Shown one piece after another: positions 36,501-49,302 of a DNA stretch of 64,000 bases (positions are counted from its first letter, which is position 1; every line of letters starts with the position of its first letter). Position numbers and translations under genes: made by a program. Origin of the DNA: Psammoneis japonica (Eukaryota); NCBI GenBank assembly GCA_008632985.1, contig QPGO01000077.1:186001-250000 (forward strand), written 5' to 3'. The notes under the pieces were generated by a model. That model was not told the DNA's origin. It did no database searches and was given only the letters and a program-made list of their open reading frames with translations.

Positions 36501-39500
36501 GCCATCGGATGAGCCGAGTGACACCCCATCTGTTACCCCTTCCGCAGTGCCCTCCACCAGCCCGTCTGCAGTCCCGAGTGCTGCTCCAAGTGACGTGCCT
36601 TCAGCAGTGCCATCGGCTGAGCCTAGTGACACCCCGTCTGCTACCCCTTCCGCAGTGCCCTCTACTAGTCCGTCTGCAGTCCCGAGTGCGGCTCCAAGTG
36701 ACGTGCCTTCAGCAATGCCATCGGCTGAGCCGAGTGGCACCCCGTCTGCTACCCCTTCCGCAGTGCCCTCTACTTCTCCGTCTACATACCCGAGTGCGGC
36801 TCCAAGTGACGTGCCTTCAGCAGTGCCATCGGCTGTGCCAAGTGTTGTTCCATCCACGACTCCTTCTACTGCGCCCTCTGCAACACCATCTGTTGTCCCA
36901 AGTTCATCACCCAGTAATGTCCCGTCGACTGGTCCATCCGATCAGCCAAGTGACGTGCCTTCCCTTCAACCGTCTTCCGTGCCTTCCACAGGCCCATCAG
37001 CTTTCCCAAGTTTGGCACCCAGCAATGTCCCGTCGACTAGTCCATCCGCGCAGCCAAGTGATGTGCCTTCTCTTCAACCGTCTTCGGTGCCTTCGACAAG
37101 CCCATCAGCGGTCCCGAGTTCGGCTCCCAGTAATGTCCCGTCAACTAGCCCCTCCGCTCGGCCAAGTGATGTGCCTTCTCTGCAACCGTCTGCAGTTCCA
37201 TCGACAAGTCCATCCACAGTCCCAAGTGCGACTCCCAGCGACGTGCCCTCCACAACACCATCTGCCGAGCCAAGTGATGTCCCGTCTCTCACCCCTTCCA
37301 CGGTGCCCTCTACTGCTCCATCGACAGTCCCGAGTGCGGCTCCCAGTGAAGTACCCTCAACAACACCATCAGCCAAGCCAAGTGAGGTCCCCTCAACAGC
37401 GCCCTCTACCACTCCATCTACAGTCCCCAGTGCGGCTCCCAGTGACGTGCCATCAAAAACACCATCAGCCGAGCCAAGTGATGTCCCGTCTCTCACCCCT
37501 TCCACGGTGCCCTCTGCTACTCCATCTACAGTCCCGAGTGCGGCTCCCAGTGACGTGCCCTCAACAACACCATCGGCCGAGCCAAGTGATGTCCCGTCTC
37601 TCACTCCTTCGACGGTGCCCTCTACTACTCCATCTGCAGTCCCGAGTGCGGTTCCCACTGACGTACCCTCAACATCGCCATCAGCCGAGCCAAGCGATGT
37701 GCCGTCTCTCACCCCTTCGATGGTGCCCTCTACAACTCCCTCTGCAATGCCGAGTGCTGCTCCTAGTGACGCACCTTCAAAAATACCATCCGCAGAGCCA
37801 AGTGATGCCCCATCTCTCACCCCTTCGACGGTGCCCTCTACTATTCCGTCTGCACTGCCGAGTACAACCCCCAGCAGTGAGCCCTCATCAACACCATCTT
37901 CGGAACCAAGCGATGTACCTTCTGTCACCCCATCAACCGTTCCGTCCGCAGCACCGTCATCAGCGCCCAGTACAACTCCCAGTGGTGTCCCATCGACAAC
38001 ACCGTCATCTCAACCAAGTGCAGCTCCAAGCAGCGTACCATCAGCAACACCTTCGGCCCAACCGAGTGGGGCTCCAAGCAGTGTGCCCTCTGTAGCACCT
38101 TCAGCAGAACCGAGTGATGCTCCGTCCGCCACTCCATCAAATGAGCCATCTAATGCACCCTCGGCAATTCCAAGTGGGCTCCCAGTGATGCACCTTCCAA
38201 AAGTCCATCTTCTGAACCTAGCGACATCCCATCTTTGAAACCTTCGACCGCACCCTCAGCTGCTCCTTCTGCAGTCCCTAGCATGGCTCCAAGTGACGCA
38301 CCATCGACGACCCCTTCGACCCGACCTAGTCATGTCCCCTCCTTGACGCCTTCGACAGTTCCCTCATTAAGCCCGTCTGCAGTTCCGAGTGCAGCTCCCA
38401 GTGATCTGCCATCCACAGCTCCGTCTTCTGAGCCCAGCAAATTGCCGTCCTCTTCACCTTCAAATGCTCCATCGGCTGCACCCTCGACAGTCCCTAGTAC
38501 GGCACCCAGTGATGTGCCCACTGGCGGTCCGTCAATGATGCCATCAAACAGTCCAAGCGCTACGCCGAGTGATGCTCCATCGATGGTTCCCAGTGATCCG
38601 CCATCCCAAGCTCCTTCACCACGGCCTTCAACGACGCCGTCTAGTATTCCATCAACGGTACCAAGCACGTTTCCATCCATTCAACCTTCTATTGTGCCTT
38701 CAAGTGTTCCAACAGGAGGTCCAACTCAGATTCCCTCCAGTACACCATCAGATAGTCCAAGTTCTGTTCCATCTGTCATGCCGACCATCGCACCGAGCAG
38801 AGAGCCAAGCTCACTCCCAACCTCATCCTCTAGTATTTCTCCATCCCAAGCACCATCCCAAGCTCCCACTCTAGCTCCTTCTCCGCATCCAAGCAGTTTA
38901 CCGTCAAGCTCGCCGACAGCGGAACCAAATGCTTCAGTGATATTCCTAATCACAACGAATGGAACTGAAAATGAAATAATCAAAGTCGGAGAAACAATAA
39001 ACTCAACCTACACCATCACCAACAATGGCAATGTGGCTCTTTCCAACATTAACCTCACCGACAACCGAGGCGTAACTCCTACTCTCATTTTTGGAGACAC
39101 TGACAATGATGGAGAGATTGACGTGGATGAAACGTGGATTTTCGAAGCAATCGAGGTCGCCCAGATTGGACCGCAGACCATCACTGGGGTCGTGTCTGCA
39201 GAGATTGATGGACAAAACTTCACTTCGCAATATTCAACCTCGTACGTGGGAGGGGCTCCATCTCTAAGCGTCAATCTGTTGATGAATGATGAGGAAACTC
39301 CAAAAGTGAGAGTTGGTGATCCAATCAACACAACCTACACCGTGACTAACACGGGGAACGTACCTTTATCCAACATTGATATCGCGGACAACCGTGGCGT
39401 GACACCAACGTTGCTTTCTGGGGATACAAACAGTAATGGAGAGCTTGACGAGGGCGAAACGTGGATATTCCAAGTTATCGAGGTTGCTCAATCTGGATCT

Positions 39501-41474
39501 CAAAGCATTACAGGAGCAGTCACGGCCGAGTTAAACGGGGAGGTCTTCGAGACACAGTATTCGACGTTCTACGTTGGCGCCTCTCCGTTGCTCAAGCTCA
39601 CCCTCTTGACAAATGGTTTGAATGAAGCGGGGCCTATTCCTACTGGCACCGACATGGTTTGGATTTTCCTCGTGGACAATGATGGAGATGTTCCGCTTTC
39701 CAATATTACGGTCTTTGACGACAAAGGAGTTACGCCGAATCGAATCCAAGGCGACGTAAACAAAAATGATTTACTCGATCTTGACGAACAGTGGGTATTT
39801 GTACAACCCTTCAAAGCTCAACAGGGCCCGTTCACTAATACGGGATTTGCATCGGGTCTTTTTGGCGATGTGGTGGCCAACGACGAGGACTCGAGTTCCT
39901 ACCAAGGAGTGGGAACCGAGTCACCGACAGTTGCACCCACGACTGCAACTCCAACAGGTTCGCCCTCGCGGCTGCCAACCACGGGTGAGCCAACCCCCCT
40001 TCCTACGATAGACCCCGATCCGTCCATTGCTCTTCAAGCCTCAGCAAACGGCTTTGATATCCTGGTTGTTAGGGAAGGCGAGACCATTACATGGACTTAT
40101 CGAGTCGCCAACACTGGCAATGTTGCCCTTTCCAATGTTGTTGTTACCGGAGGCGCGGAATCCTCCAATCTTGTACTTGGATCTGGCGATTTTAATGGCA
40201 ATAATGAGCTTGATCCTGGCGAAACTTGGGAGTATGACGTAGTTGGAGTTGCCGAAATCGGTTTATTCAGCGTCGTTGGAAGAGTATCGGCAGAGTACAA
40301 TGGTGAATCCCTTTCCGCCGTCGACTCGAATCTATACTACGGAGTATCGCCAGAACCAGAACTTGAAATTCAAGAGGAAACCGACACTGTTCTCAATCTA
40401 ACAACATACACAGTCACAAACAATGGAGACACTCCACTGTCGGATTTACAATTCTCCCCCAAGCAAGGCGTGGAACCGCCGCTCTTGATATCGGGAGACC
40501 TGAATTCCAACGGTGAACTTGATGAGGGTGAAAGTTGGGTATTCGCGGCTGATGGCGTTGCCAATGATGACGAAGAGCCGGTTCTTGTGACTGCAACAAA
40601 TGGAAGCGGCGCGGAGATTACGGCAGTTCCTCCTTCCTACATATCCGCCGATCCTCCGCCGCCACAAAATGCAGCAGTGGAAATTACCGCTATCATTAAC
40701 GGCGGGGATGGCTTGATTGTACCTGTTGGAGAAGATCTGCTATTTGAGTATTATGTCTTCAATTCGGGTGATGCCCCTTTGAGAAACATTGCTGTTACCG
40801 AGATGAATGAAGCCAATATCAATCCCGACTTGAGAACTCCAGACTTTGACAAGAGCAGCAGCGAGACTTTGGAACCAGGAGCAACATTGATATTTCAAGC
40901 CACTGGAATTGCTCAAGAGGGTCTGCAAGAAACTATGGGCGTTGTCACGGCAACTTACAATGACAATACAGTGTCCGATCAAGATCTTAGTTCGTATTTG
41001 GGTGTAGTTGATGGGGAAAATCAAGGCTGTCGACCAAGCGTATGGAGAAAATCCACACAGAACTGGCAACGCTACCGGCCAAGCAGCAAGTTTGACAAGG
41101 TGTTTGGAGTCGAGGCCTTTCCTCGCAAGAGCCTCAACTTTGTGCTCACGCAAACTGGATCAGGCAAGGAAAAAGCCCTAGGCCGACAGGCTGTCGCCGC
41201 GCTTTTGAATGCAGCCAACAACCGGGTTTCGTATGGACTGTCGACCAACCATGTCATTCGTTTGGTCAAGCAAGCGTACGAAACCCGCAACCACGAAGAG
41301 GCAAAAGTCTTGTTGCAGCGGCTGAACAAGCGAACATGTCCATCCCGTCTTGTTGGCAGTGCAAATCCTCCACCCACACGGCGTCCAACTCCCCGTAGAA
41401 CCAGGCGACCGCGAAATAACAACCGTTCCAAAGGAGGCAAGGGCGGCAGAAGAGGCGGCGGCTTGCAATGGTAA
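30596..41474 (+). CDS. Giant secreted adhesin/mucin-like protein (~3,600 aa after correcting about 5 single-base deletions): signal peptide, W-rich propeller-like domain, PSxx stalk, ~5 DUF11/DUF7507-like Ig repeats, C-terminal AVAALLN domain, basic tail
   Basis: 'MWLKLALLSTAMLVAPATG'; ORFs 30560-32914, 32960-, 33451-38238 and 38235-41474 join through 1-bp deletions in repeat units (~32870, ~32900, ~32915, ~33450, ~38180); repeats 'YTVTNTGNVPLSNI...GDTNSNGELDEGETW'. Confidence 0.85.
31900..38920 (+). repeat. Coding tandem array: 12-bp PSxx units, 108-bp (36-aa) core unit, ~1,116-bp higher-order duplication
   Basis: Unit PSAAPSDVPSAMPSAEPSDTPSVTPSAVPSTSPSTV; the diagnostic TCTACTTTACCG occurs at 33457/34573 and 33781/34897. 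Confidence 0.95.
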
Positions 41475-42919
41475 TTTACATTTTTGTGAATTTGAGAGTT
41501 TCAGTCAAATAACATCGAAAAAAGATTAGCCAACCATCGAAGCGCGTCTCAGGCTGAAGTAAAAATAGAATGAATTAAAACTGCAACAGTGACAGCAACA
41601 ACATCAAAAGATACACCGTAAATGTCACACTTCACACTTCACACTCGAACATTGGTCTGGCAAGAGATTTCGGCATGTGGGAAGAATGAAAGAGGTGGCC
41701 GCCGGAGGCGGCCCAGAAGAATAAACTGAAAAGGAGAAAAGGAGAAGAGAGAGAGGAAAAGAAGGAAAAAGGAGAAAAAGAGAAGATGCTGTGGGGCTGT
41801 CAACTTTCGGCCCTTGGCTGGGCTTCTGCCTGCAAAGCAGCTTGTCTGTGACTTGAGGTGCTGCGGTTTTACATGCTTGGCAGCAAAGCTCCCACAGCGT
41901 GCTGGAGAACTGTGGAGTTGTGCCAGTCTGTGGCACAGCTTGACAGCGGCATCTTTTGTGAGGAGTGCTTTGCTGCCAGCCCATCATGGCTTTTTGGGCA
42001 GCTTGTTTTCCAAGCCTTGCCCTGCCAGCTTGGTGGCCACTGCCGCGGATCTGTGTCTTCTTTGTTCTCCAAAATTCAGTGCACACTTTGGCGGGTTTGG
42101 CCCCAGCACTGTGTCCAAACAATTCTCTGAAGTTTCCAAGTGAGAAAATGCAGCATCATCCTCTTTCAAAGATCTTCACAAAGATCCCTGGCAACAAGCA
42201 CTGGCCTTCCCCACCCATGCTGTCAGAAGTGCCTGCCTTGACAAATTCACAGCATCTCTCCCAAAGCATCTGTGGATGCTGCACCCAAATTTTGGCCCCA
42301 TGCATCACAAAATCTTGAGAGAATTTGCAAGATCCACCCCATCACGCACCGCCACCTTTGGGTTTCCAGTGCAGCCATGGCTTCTGCAGCAGGCTGTTAA
42401 CAAACATGCAAAGCAAGTTCCCACTGGGACCTCAAATTGACCTGCAGCCTTCTTCATTCCGGCTGCACCCCTGCTTGAATTCTGGGTGGCCAGCTGAGCA
42501 AAACCTGGCTCTGTCTGTGTTTCTCAGTCCATGTTTCTGGCTTTGTCACATGTGGTGCAAAGTGCCCTCAGGAAAATGCTTGCAGCTGTGCTTGCCCAAT
42601 GCTGTCCCATCAGCCAGTGCCTTGTGGCGCAGCCCAGTGCTTTGCTTGCCAGCTCTCCACTGCAAGCTCCTTGTGGCTGGTCTGGTGTCTTCAAGAAGCA
42701 AACCACACACCCCATTCTTGCCCAAAGAGGGGGGGGCAATCAGACCGATGCACATGCCTGAAAGACACCCTGTGTCATCAGGAGGTTCCACGATGAAAAC
42801 GAGTGAGACGAATGAACAACACCACATCAGCTGCAACGTGCAAAGTGGGAACGAGATTTTGCGAGCAGTTGTCTGTTGTCTTGGTTGTTGCGAGTGTTGC
42901 GCGAAGTCTTGTTGATGTC

Positions 42920-43100
42920 GAATCTACGCCACAACATGCTGACTTTGTACGCCACAAAAACTTCAAAAATTTGTTGCTTTTGTGCTGGGTCTACGCCACT
43001 GGGCGCATGCAGAATCTCATGTCAAAATCACGTGCGCCACTGTGGCACAAAATTTGTGTGCACCCTGAACCATTCTACGCCACCAGTGGCGTAGGCTCTG
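42920..43100. repeat. Transposon-like terminus with reiterated (C/G)TACGCCAC motifs, ending in hairpin CTACGCCAC-CA-GTGGCGTAG-GCTCTG
   Basis: Motif at 42924, 42947, 42991, 43032 (mutated), 43075 and inverted at 43086. Confidence 0.7.
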
Positions 43101-43765
43101 GCATGTTTTTTATGCTTCTGACTTGAATTTTTCCGTTGCCGAGAGCGCAGCAGAAAGCGCGCACATGCGCGCGCCCTCGTCACTCGACGTCCGTCCGTCC
43201 TTCGCTTCACTGCGAGTGGCGTGTGCCAGACCCCCACAGGCTCAGAGCAAACCCCTTGACCTCTGACTTCAAACGGCCGCCACCCTTTTCCCTCCTCACC
43301 TCCAGGAAAAACATCATGCTAAAATTTTCAGATGCCTCCCAGTTAATTGCAATCAGACATTTCTGACAACATGTCAATCTCGTTTTGTCATGGTGTCCCT
43401 TTCAACCAGGCCACACAGCCTCTTGGTGCTTGCATGCAAGCCCTGTCTTTCAGCAGAGCAGAGCACAAACAAAAGACCAGAGAGCTCTGGTGCAAAAAAG
43501 AGAGATGACTTGACTGCAACTCCACCTTCCAAGCCAGCAGTTCTCATCCTTTGAAAATCCAACACATCCATTCTCCAACAGCAGTGAGGAAAAAGCAAAA
43601 GAGCATTTCCTTGCAATTCTGCCAGCCCCCCCAAAGACACAATCTTGACTTCAAGAGGAGAGAAGGGAGGTGGTGCAAGAGGGGGGTTTGCTCTGAATGA
43701 ACAAACTTTGCCGGTGGCTTCCAACGCATGCAGCAAAAGGTTGTTTTGTGTTGGCACACAAAGAG

Positions 43766-44200
43766 GGTGCAACACACAGCTGCTGACAAGAGTCAATGCA
43801 TCACGGCGACATGTTGCAGCCTTTAAATGTCACAAAGGGCATGACAAAAACAACCTTTTGTCTGCATGCATGCTGCATCATGAATTCACAGCGCAACCAT
43901 CAGGCAGGAGGCCAGGGGTTCGAAACCCTGAGTGGGAGTTGTCTGCAGCAACGTTGATCACTGTCGAAAGCGTAAAACTCTGTGCAGTTCTGTGTGTTCC
44001 TTCGCACGTACCCACACTGTTCCGCCAAAACCGTGCAGTGTCAGCACACGTTAGCAAAGAGCCGCATGGATGCGTGATGAATGGGGAGGAGTGCAACACA
44101 CAGCTGCTGACAAGAGCCAATGCATCACGGCGATGTGTTGCAGCCTTTAAATGTCACAAAGGGTGTGACAAAAACAACCTTTTGTCTGCATGCATGCTGC
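43766..44200 (+). repeat. ~112-bp direct repeat (~43766-43876, ~44089-44200)
   Basis: GTGCAACACACAGCTGCTGACAAGAG...CATGCATGCTGCA occurs twice. Confidence 0.9.
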
Positions 44201-46427
44201 AAGGGAGATGTTTGCACTGGCACTCGTCAGTTGGATGACCAAGCCAATGCTGAAGGCCCACACCACAAATGTTTGAAAGCCCTCTGGCTTGCATCCACCA
44301 TGATTTGTGTGGGCTGTTGAGTCAGCTTTGCAGCGTGGTTGACAACAAAGCCTTTCTGGCAGCAGGAAGGTGTGCACTGTGCTTGAAGAATGAGTGCAAA
44401 CAAAAGTGAAACAAATCACGAAAAGTGGAAATTGTGAGATCAATTTTTGCACTTCAATTTTGGGATTCTCTCAAGGAGCTCTCAATGGCCCAAAGCTTCT
44501 GTGTTGCTCCTGCAGAGCAAAGGCCTTTCAGAGAATCTAATCATGACAACAGATTGTCTGGATGTGATCAACATTGACATCTCATGTGTCAACATTGTCT
44601 GTTGATGGCACTTGCAATTTCAGACATCTGATCAGCTCTGCATGATAAATCTGACCTTTGTGTGCATCCATGATTGTTGCACAATTGACACACACAACAA
44701 TGTGCAATTGTGAGTGTGCATGATTTCATCTGCTCAACAAGAACACATGCTGCAGGTGCCCTCTTCTGGCAGAATCATCTCACGAGGAGGTCTCCACACT
44801 GCTGCAACTCTGCGCACACTTTGCAACAGTTTTTCTTTGAAGCAGGACAAAAGTGCACAGACAACAAGCTCTAAGCTGCTTGCCCCATTTGCAATGGGGC
44901 CCCATGGCTTGTGGCAGAACAGCTCCTTGGTGTCTTTTGCCAGCCTCAAAGTGCTCTTGCTGCTCTCTTGACAAGAAACAAAGCCGAGAACACTCCAACT
45001 TTGTGAAAGGCACATGACTTGCAATGAGAAAACATGTTTTCTGAATGAAAGAGCACCTGTCGTGGGCAACATTGAGCAACCACAGTTTTTGCTCTCTCTC
45101 AACAAAAAATGAACAATGTTGGCAGCAGCAAAAATCCAAGAAATGAAAGCTGGTGCATGTGCTGCTCAGAGTGTGAACAAAAGCCTGCCACTTGTGATTG
45201 TCAAAGCAATGTGCACTCTGCACTGTGCACCAGTGTGTTGTGTGCTTCCTGCCAACAACAGCCCAGTGGTCAGCAGCACTCCCCTGTCATCAGCACACCA
45301 ACTTCTGCATTTTCTTGCTTGCATCTCTCCTCTCGCCCAACACATGATGTTCAAAAAGCAGAAATGTTGAGGAGCCAAGGCACTGAAGAGTCATGCACAA
45401 GATGGGTGATGGGATTTGGTGGGGAGCAGAGAGCTGAAAAGGTGGAGGCAGAAAAGGGAGGGCCCAAAGTGCAGACACAATGGACAAGAAGGGGAGAAAA
45501 AGTTTGGGTGGTGACGAAGGAGAGGTGTGCGCACCACATTTGGTGGTGTGGCTGGAGAGGAGGGCAAGGCCGAGATTGAGGCTGAGAAGCTGAGATTCCC
45601 AGGCTTGGGGCGGGAGTGGACAAATGGCAAGAAGAGCTGAGGCGGTCTGGAGACAGCCGTTTCCAGGCCACAAGAGGAAAGTTGAAGGTGAGCGATGAGC
45701 GAGCGAGAGCGTGATGTGCAAGCTCCTCTCTGTCCTCTGTCCGTCCTGGGTTCTCGCACTACGCACGGTAGTCTCAAGTCTACGTCTACGAGTACAAGAC
45801 TTCCCGCGCAAATCATCAAGAACATTTTTATCTCTTCTTCCATAACAATTATATATTTTTTATCTCATTCGGCTTCGCATATTGTTTTTATCCCGAATGA
45901 CTCGTTGAATCCTGCACGTGTGGTCATTTTTTACATGCGTTGTAAAGAATATGAAATTATTAGTGTTTGAAGGATTTTGATAATAACTTTGAAATTAGCA
46001 ATTTTGAAAGAGCTTTCAAAATAAATTCATCTATTTAGAAATATCATTTACTTAAATTTTTATCCTTTATCTTCATTCACAAATAATGTCAGTCCCCCGA
46101 GCTCTGCGTAGAGTCGTGTACGACTTGACAATGCAGCCGTTGAAAGATACCCACCAATTTTTCTGGCCTCAACGTTGCTGTCATCAACACAGAAGCATTC
46201 GTGTGTGTTTGTTGCAGTGGCGCAAGTCACTTTTGCAAGGATAGGCCTACAGCGTCGAATCGCACTTGTATTGCCAGCGTTGAGAACATTTATTACTGCA
46301 TTCCAAGAGCTGCCATCATCTTTAGTTCCTATCGAGAGAACGTTTGAGACTTACGGTATTATTTCTTGTCCGTAAGCAATTTCAAGTCAGCTTCACTCAA
46401 GACTCTGCGGAAACAACACAGAAAATA

Positions 46428-48562
46428 ATGTCTCATCCAATGGACGAACCGTTTGACGAAATCATGGGAAGGATCCCCCCGAAAAAGTCGGTTCAAACCT
46501 CTTCTGATGCTTATGCAGGAGCTTCCAGCACAGTCACTCCCGATCCTTCTCCCACCTACAGCAACACCCGGACCGCGACTACTTCGAGAGGAGCTCCACC
46601 TCCATCCAACGCTTTTGGGCACAATACGCGTTGGGCTCAATACGAACAAGACGATTCGAGGCTCAAACAAGAATCCGATCAAGCCTATGCCACGGCTGTA
46701 GCGGCAGCAGCCGAGCATGCGGCACACCGTCAAGCTTCGTACAGCGACAGTGCGGGCCCCGACGATGAATTTGCGTCACCCAAAACACAATTTCGGGATC
46801 GTTATTACGATGATCCCGAACGTCAAGTTCAAGATCGATTGGCACGTGGCGGGGCCAGTTTGCCTCCACCCGAGCCAAGTACCAGTACCAAGCGGACCGA
46901 GTCTTCTGCCGCGTCTCCTACGGAAATTTTGCGTTCGCTCTCACGCATGAGCCGTGGTGGAGAGGAGGAGCGTGTCGACTTTTCCGAGGATCCTCACGTC
47001 AAGGTGCGCGCCGAAGCCATGAAGGTGTTGGAAATGGCCGATGGACATGATGATGTTGCCTCGACCGCAAGTAGTACCCGAAGGCGCACTCCCAAGGCGT
47101 TGGCTGGATTGGACTTTACCAAGTCGGGTGGCTCGAGCCGCAACAAGCCTTACCGTGATGATCCGCGTTTTTCCGTGGACGACGACGACCATGAAGACTT
47201 GGTGGATGTCGTGGAAGCGGAACGCAACAGCAAGAACCGTGCCTTTGACATGGACGGTGGCGGTGATGACGACAGTGACTCGAAAAACAAGTCTTCGTGG
47301 AGTTCGCGCTATTCCAATCCGCTCAATAGCCACTTGTCGACCCTGACGGGTGGTAACCGCACGTCCAATTCTATTTTGGATGCGTACGATCGTCAACACG
47401 CACGCCAAGCCAGGACGGGACGTGATTCGTCCTTTTCGTCAAGTCCATCGAGTCCGCCTTCGAGCCCGGGTATCTTTGGAAGTGGCTTTAGCTTTCGTCA
47501 AAAGCACGTGTTTGGATCCCAGTCTTCGCAATCGCCCTCCCAGTACAATATTCAAAACCACCGTACCGTCTGGAGTGACGGCGGAAGCAGTCTGCCACCA
47601 CCGACACCGGCTCGCAGTTGGCAAAGCACCATTGAACGAAAGCAAAAGCGCCGTCGTCGCCTTACGATTCTCTTTATTCTCTTGGCTCTTGTCGGTATCG
47701 TTTGTGGCGTGGTGTTTGGTCTCAAGAACAGAAACAGCGGCGGTTCGGGTGGTTCGTTCAGCATGACGGGTGACGGGGTCGGTCAGGTCATTACCTTTTT
47801 TGTCACTGCCAATGTGCCCCTGAACGCCGATGACGCCATGAAGCTCGAGGGTGATTTGGCCGTCGTGCCGGGCAATGTCCACTTTATTGCCCATCTCGGG
47901 AATATTCAAGATTCCGCCGTGACGCTTTGCAACGAGGCGGCCTATGAAGATGTCAGTGTTGTGCTCATGGAAAGCACTGTACCCGTCTTTATGGTGCCGG
48001 GTGCGGACGATTGGAACAATTGTCCCGATCGCACCGAGGCATGGAGGAATTGGCTAGACAATTTTGAAGAATTTGAGTCAGCCTTTCCCAATAACCTTTC
48101 GACCGACCGTCAACTCGGCCGGAGAGAGAATTTTAGTTTTGTCCATCAGGGTGTTTTGTTCCTTGGTCTTCACTTGCTTGCAGGCCCCATTCCCGATCAA
48201 GAAGAGTGGGATTTGCGTCACGAACAAAACCTTCAGTGGGTCGAAGAGAAGCTCTCCGAAGATACGGACAGCTTCCGCGCGGTTGTCATTTTTGGCAATG
48301 CCCGTCCCAGTCAGCAACAGCACTCCTTTTTTGAGGAGGCTGTACGAGAAATCAAAAAGGTCGGCAAACCGACTCTGTACGTGCACGCCAATGGCGGTGG
48401 AGGACTCGAGGAGTACACGCCCTTTGACAAGGTCAAGAATTTGTGGGCTGTCCAAGCCGAAGATGGTGGCTCGAGTCCACCCGTTAAGATTACGTTGGCT
48501 ATGGAAGCAAGCCGTTCGAGGTGGGTCTACCGTCCTTAACCGAGGAAGAGGAGGCGAATTAA
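46428..48562 (+). CDS. Type II membrane protein with a disordered N-terminus and a calcineurin-like metallophosphoesterase domain (degenerate metal ligands); probable 1-bp error near 48497
   Basis: KRRRR followed by a TM helix; 'HLGNIQ', 'VPGADDWNNC', 'ENFSF', 'VIFGNA', 'LYVHAN'; ORF as given ends at 48539, the alternative frame 'GYGSKPF...' ends at 48562. Confidence 0.75.
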
Positions 48563-49302
48563 GAGAGAAAGTCGAGAGTGTTGTTGATCGATTTGTGTAA
48601 CTGCACCGTTGTCCTTTTTCGGTGAGAAAATCGATGAAGGACTAATTCATTAGAAAGAACCTACATAAAATAGTTAGTTAAAAGTTACATAAGAGACAGA
48701 GCGCCACCTTTGTCGTGATGATTTGATGAACTTCATCATATACCTACCAGAAGCAAGATTCGAACTAGCAATTCACTATACACAAATCGTAAGAGGCAAT
48801 GTCAACTGACAAGCTACCGGTAGTTCTAGGCCCTACCAACTGAAATGCTGTACTACCTGGATGTTCACGAAATGAAGTTCTCATTGCCCTGTAACCTTAC
48901 TGTAGCTACGATACGAGTAGAAATTGAAAAATCTGCATTGACCAGGAATCTCTCACACAAGAGGCAGTAGTTGCAGGCTCAATCCTTCCATTGTGCAATG
49001 GCTACTTCTCAGACCATCGGGTCTCTAGCGTACCGTAATCGACTTGTCACATGCGAGAGAAATTTTCGGTGATAACTGTAGGACTTTTGATGTGCTGACC
49101 CCAGCTGACCATGACGGTCAATCCATGCGACGCGACAATTCGGATTGGAACACGAACCGGTTGTATCTTTGAATCACGCGGATGGAATCTTACGCAACAG
49201 CCCGCTTGCACTCGGAGATGAAGCATCCATGGTGCAGTCAGAGAATTCAACAAACTGAATCCCCCAAAGGGTTGGCCTGATGCCCATGGAATACGTCTAC
49301 CG

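Larger units (their letters stand above)
41700..45760. mobile_element. TpA-depleted composite repeat remnant (nested elements)
   Basis: Composition as above; contains a younger terminus (42790-43100) and a ~112-bp direct repeat. Confidence 0.75.

Noticed and set aside
32480..36830. CRISPR-like array
   Set aside because: No unique spacers; it is a continuous in-frame coding repeat in a eukaryotic gene.
31798..38149. Long antisense (GTSLGAALG...) and alternative-frame (RLQVTCLQQCH...) ORFs
   Set aside because: Shadow frames of the PSxx coding array; the sense frame has a signal peptide and flanking domains.
32860..38240. Programmed frameshifting or pseudogenisation of the giant adhesin
   Set aside because: All breaks are single-base deletions relative to neighbouring units, and similar ones occur in other genes (~48497, ~56922). 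Long-read consensus error is more likely; this needs a read check.
42546..42640. Tyrosine recombinase motif in 'LGKHSCKHFP'
   Set aside because: Only a weak resemblance to GTHSxRK, with no other catalytic motifs found.
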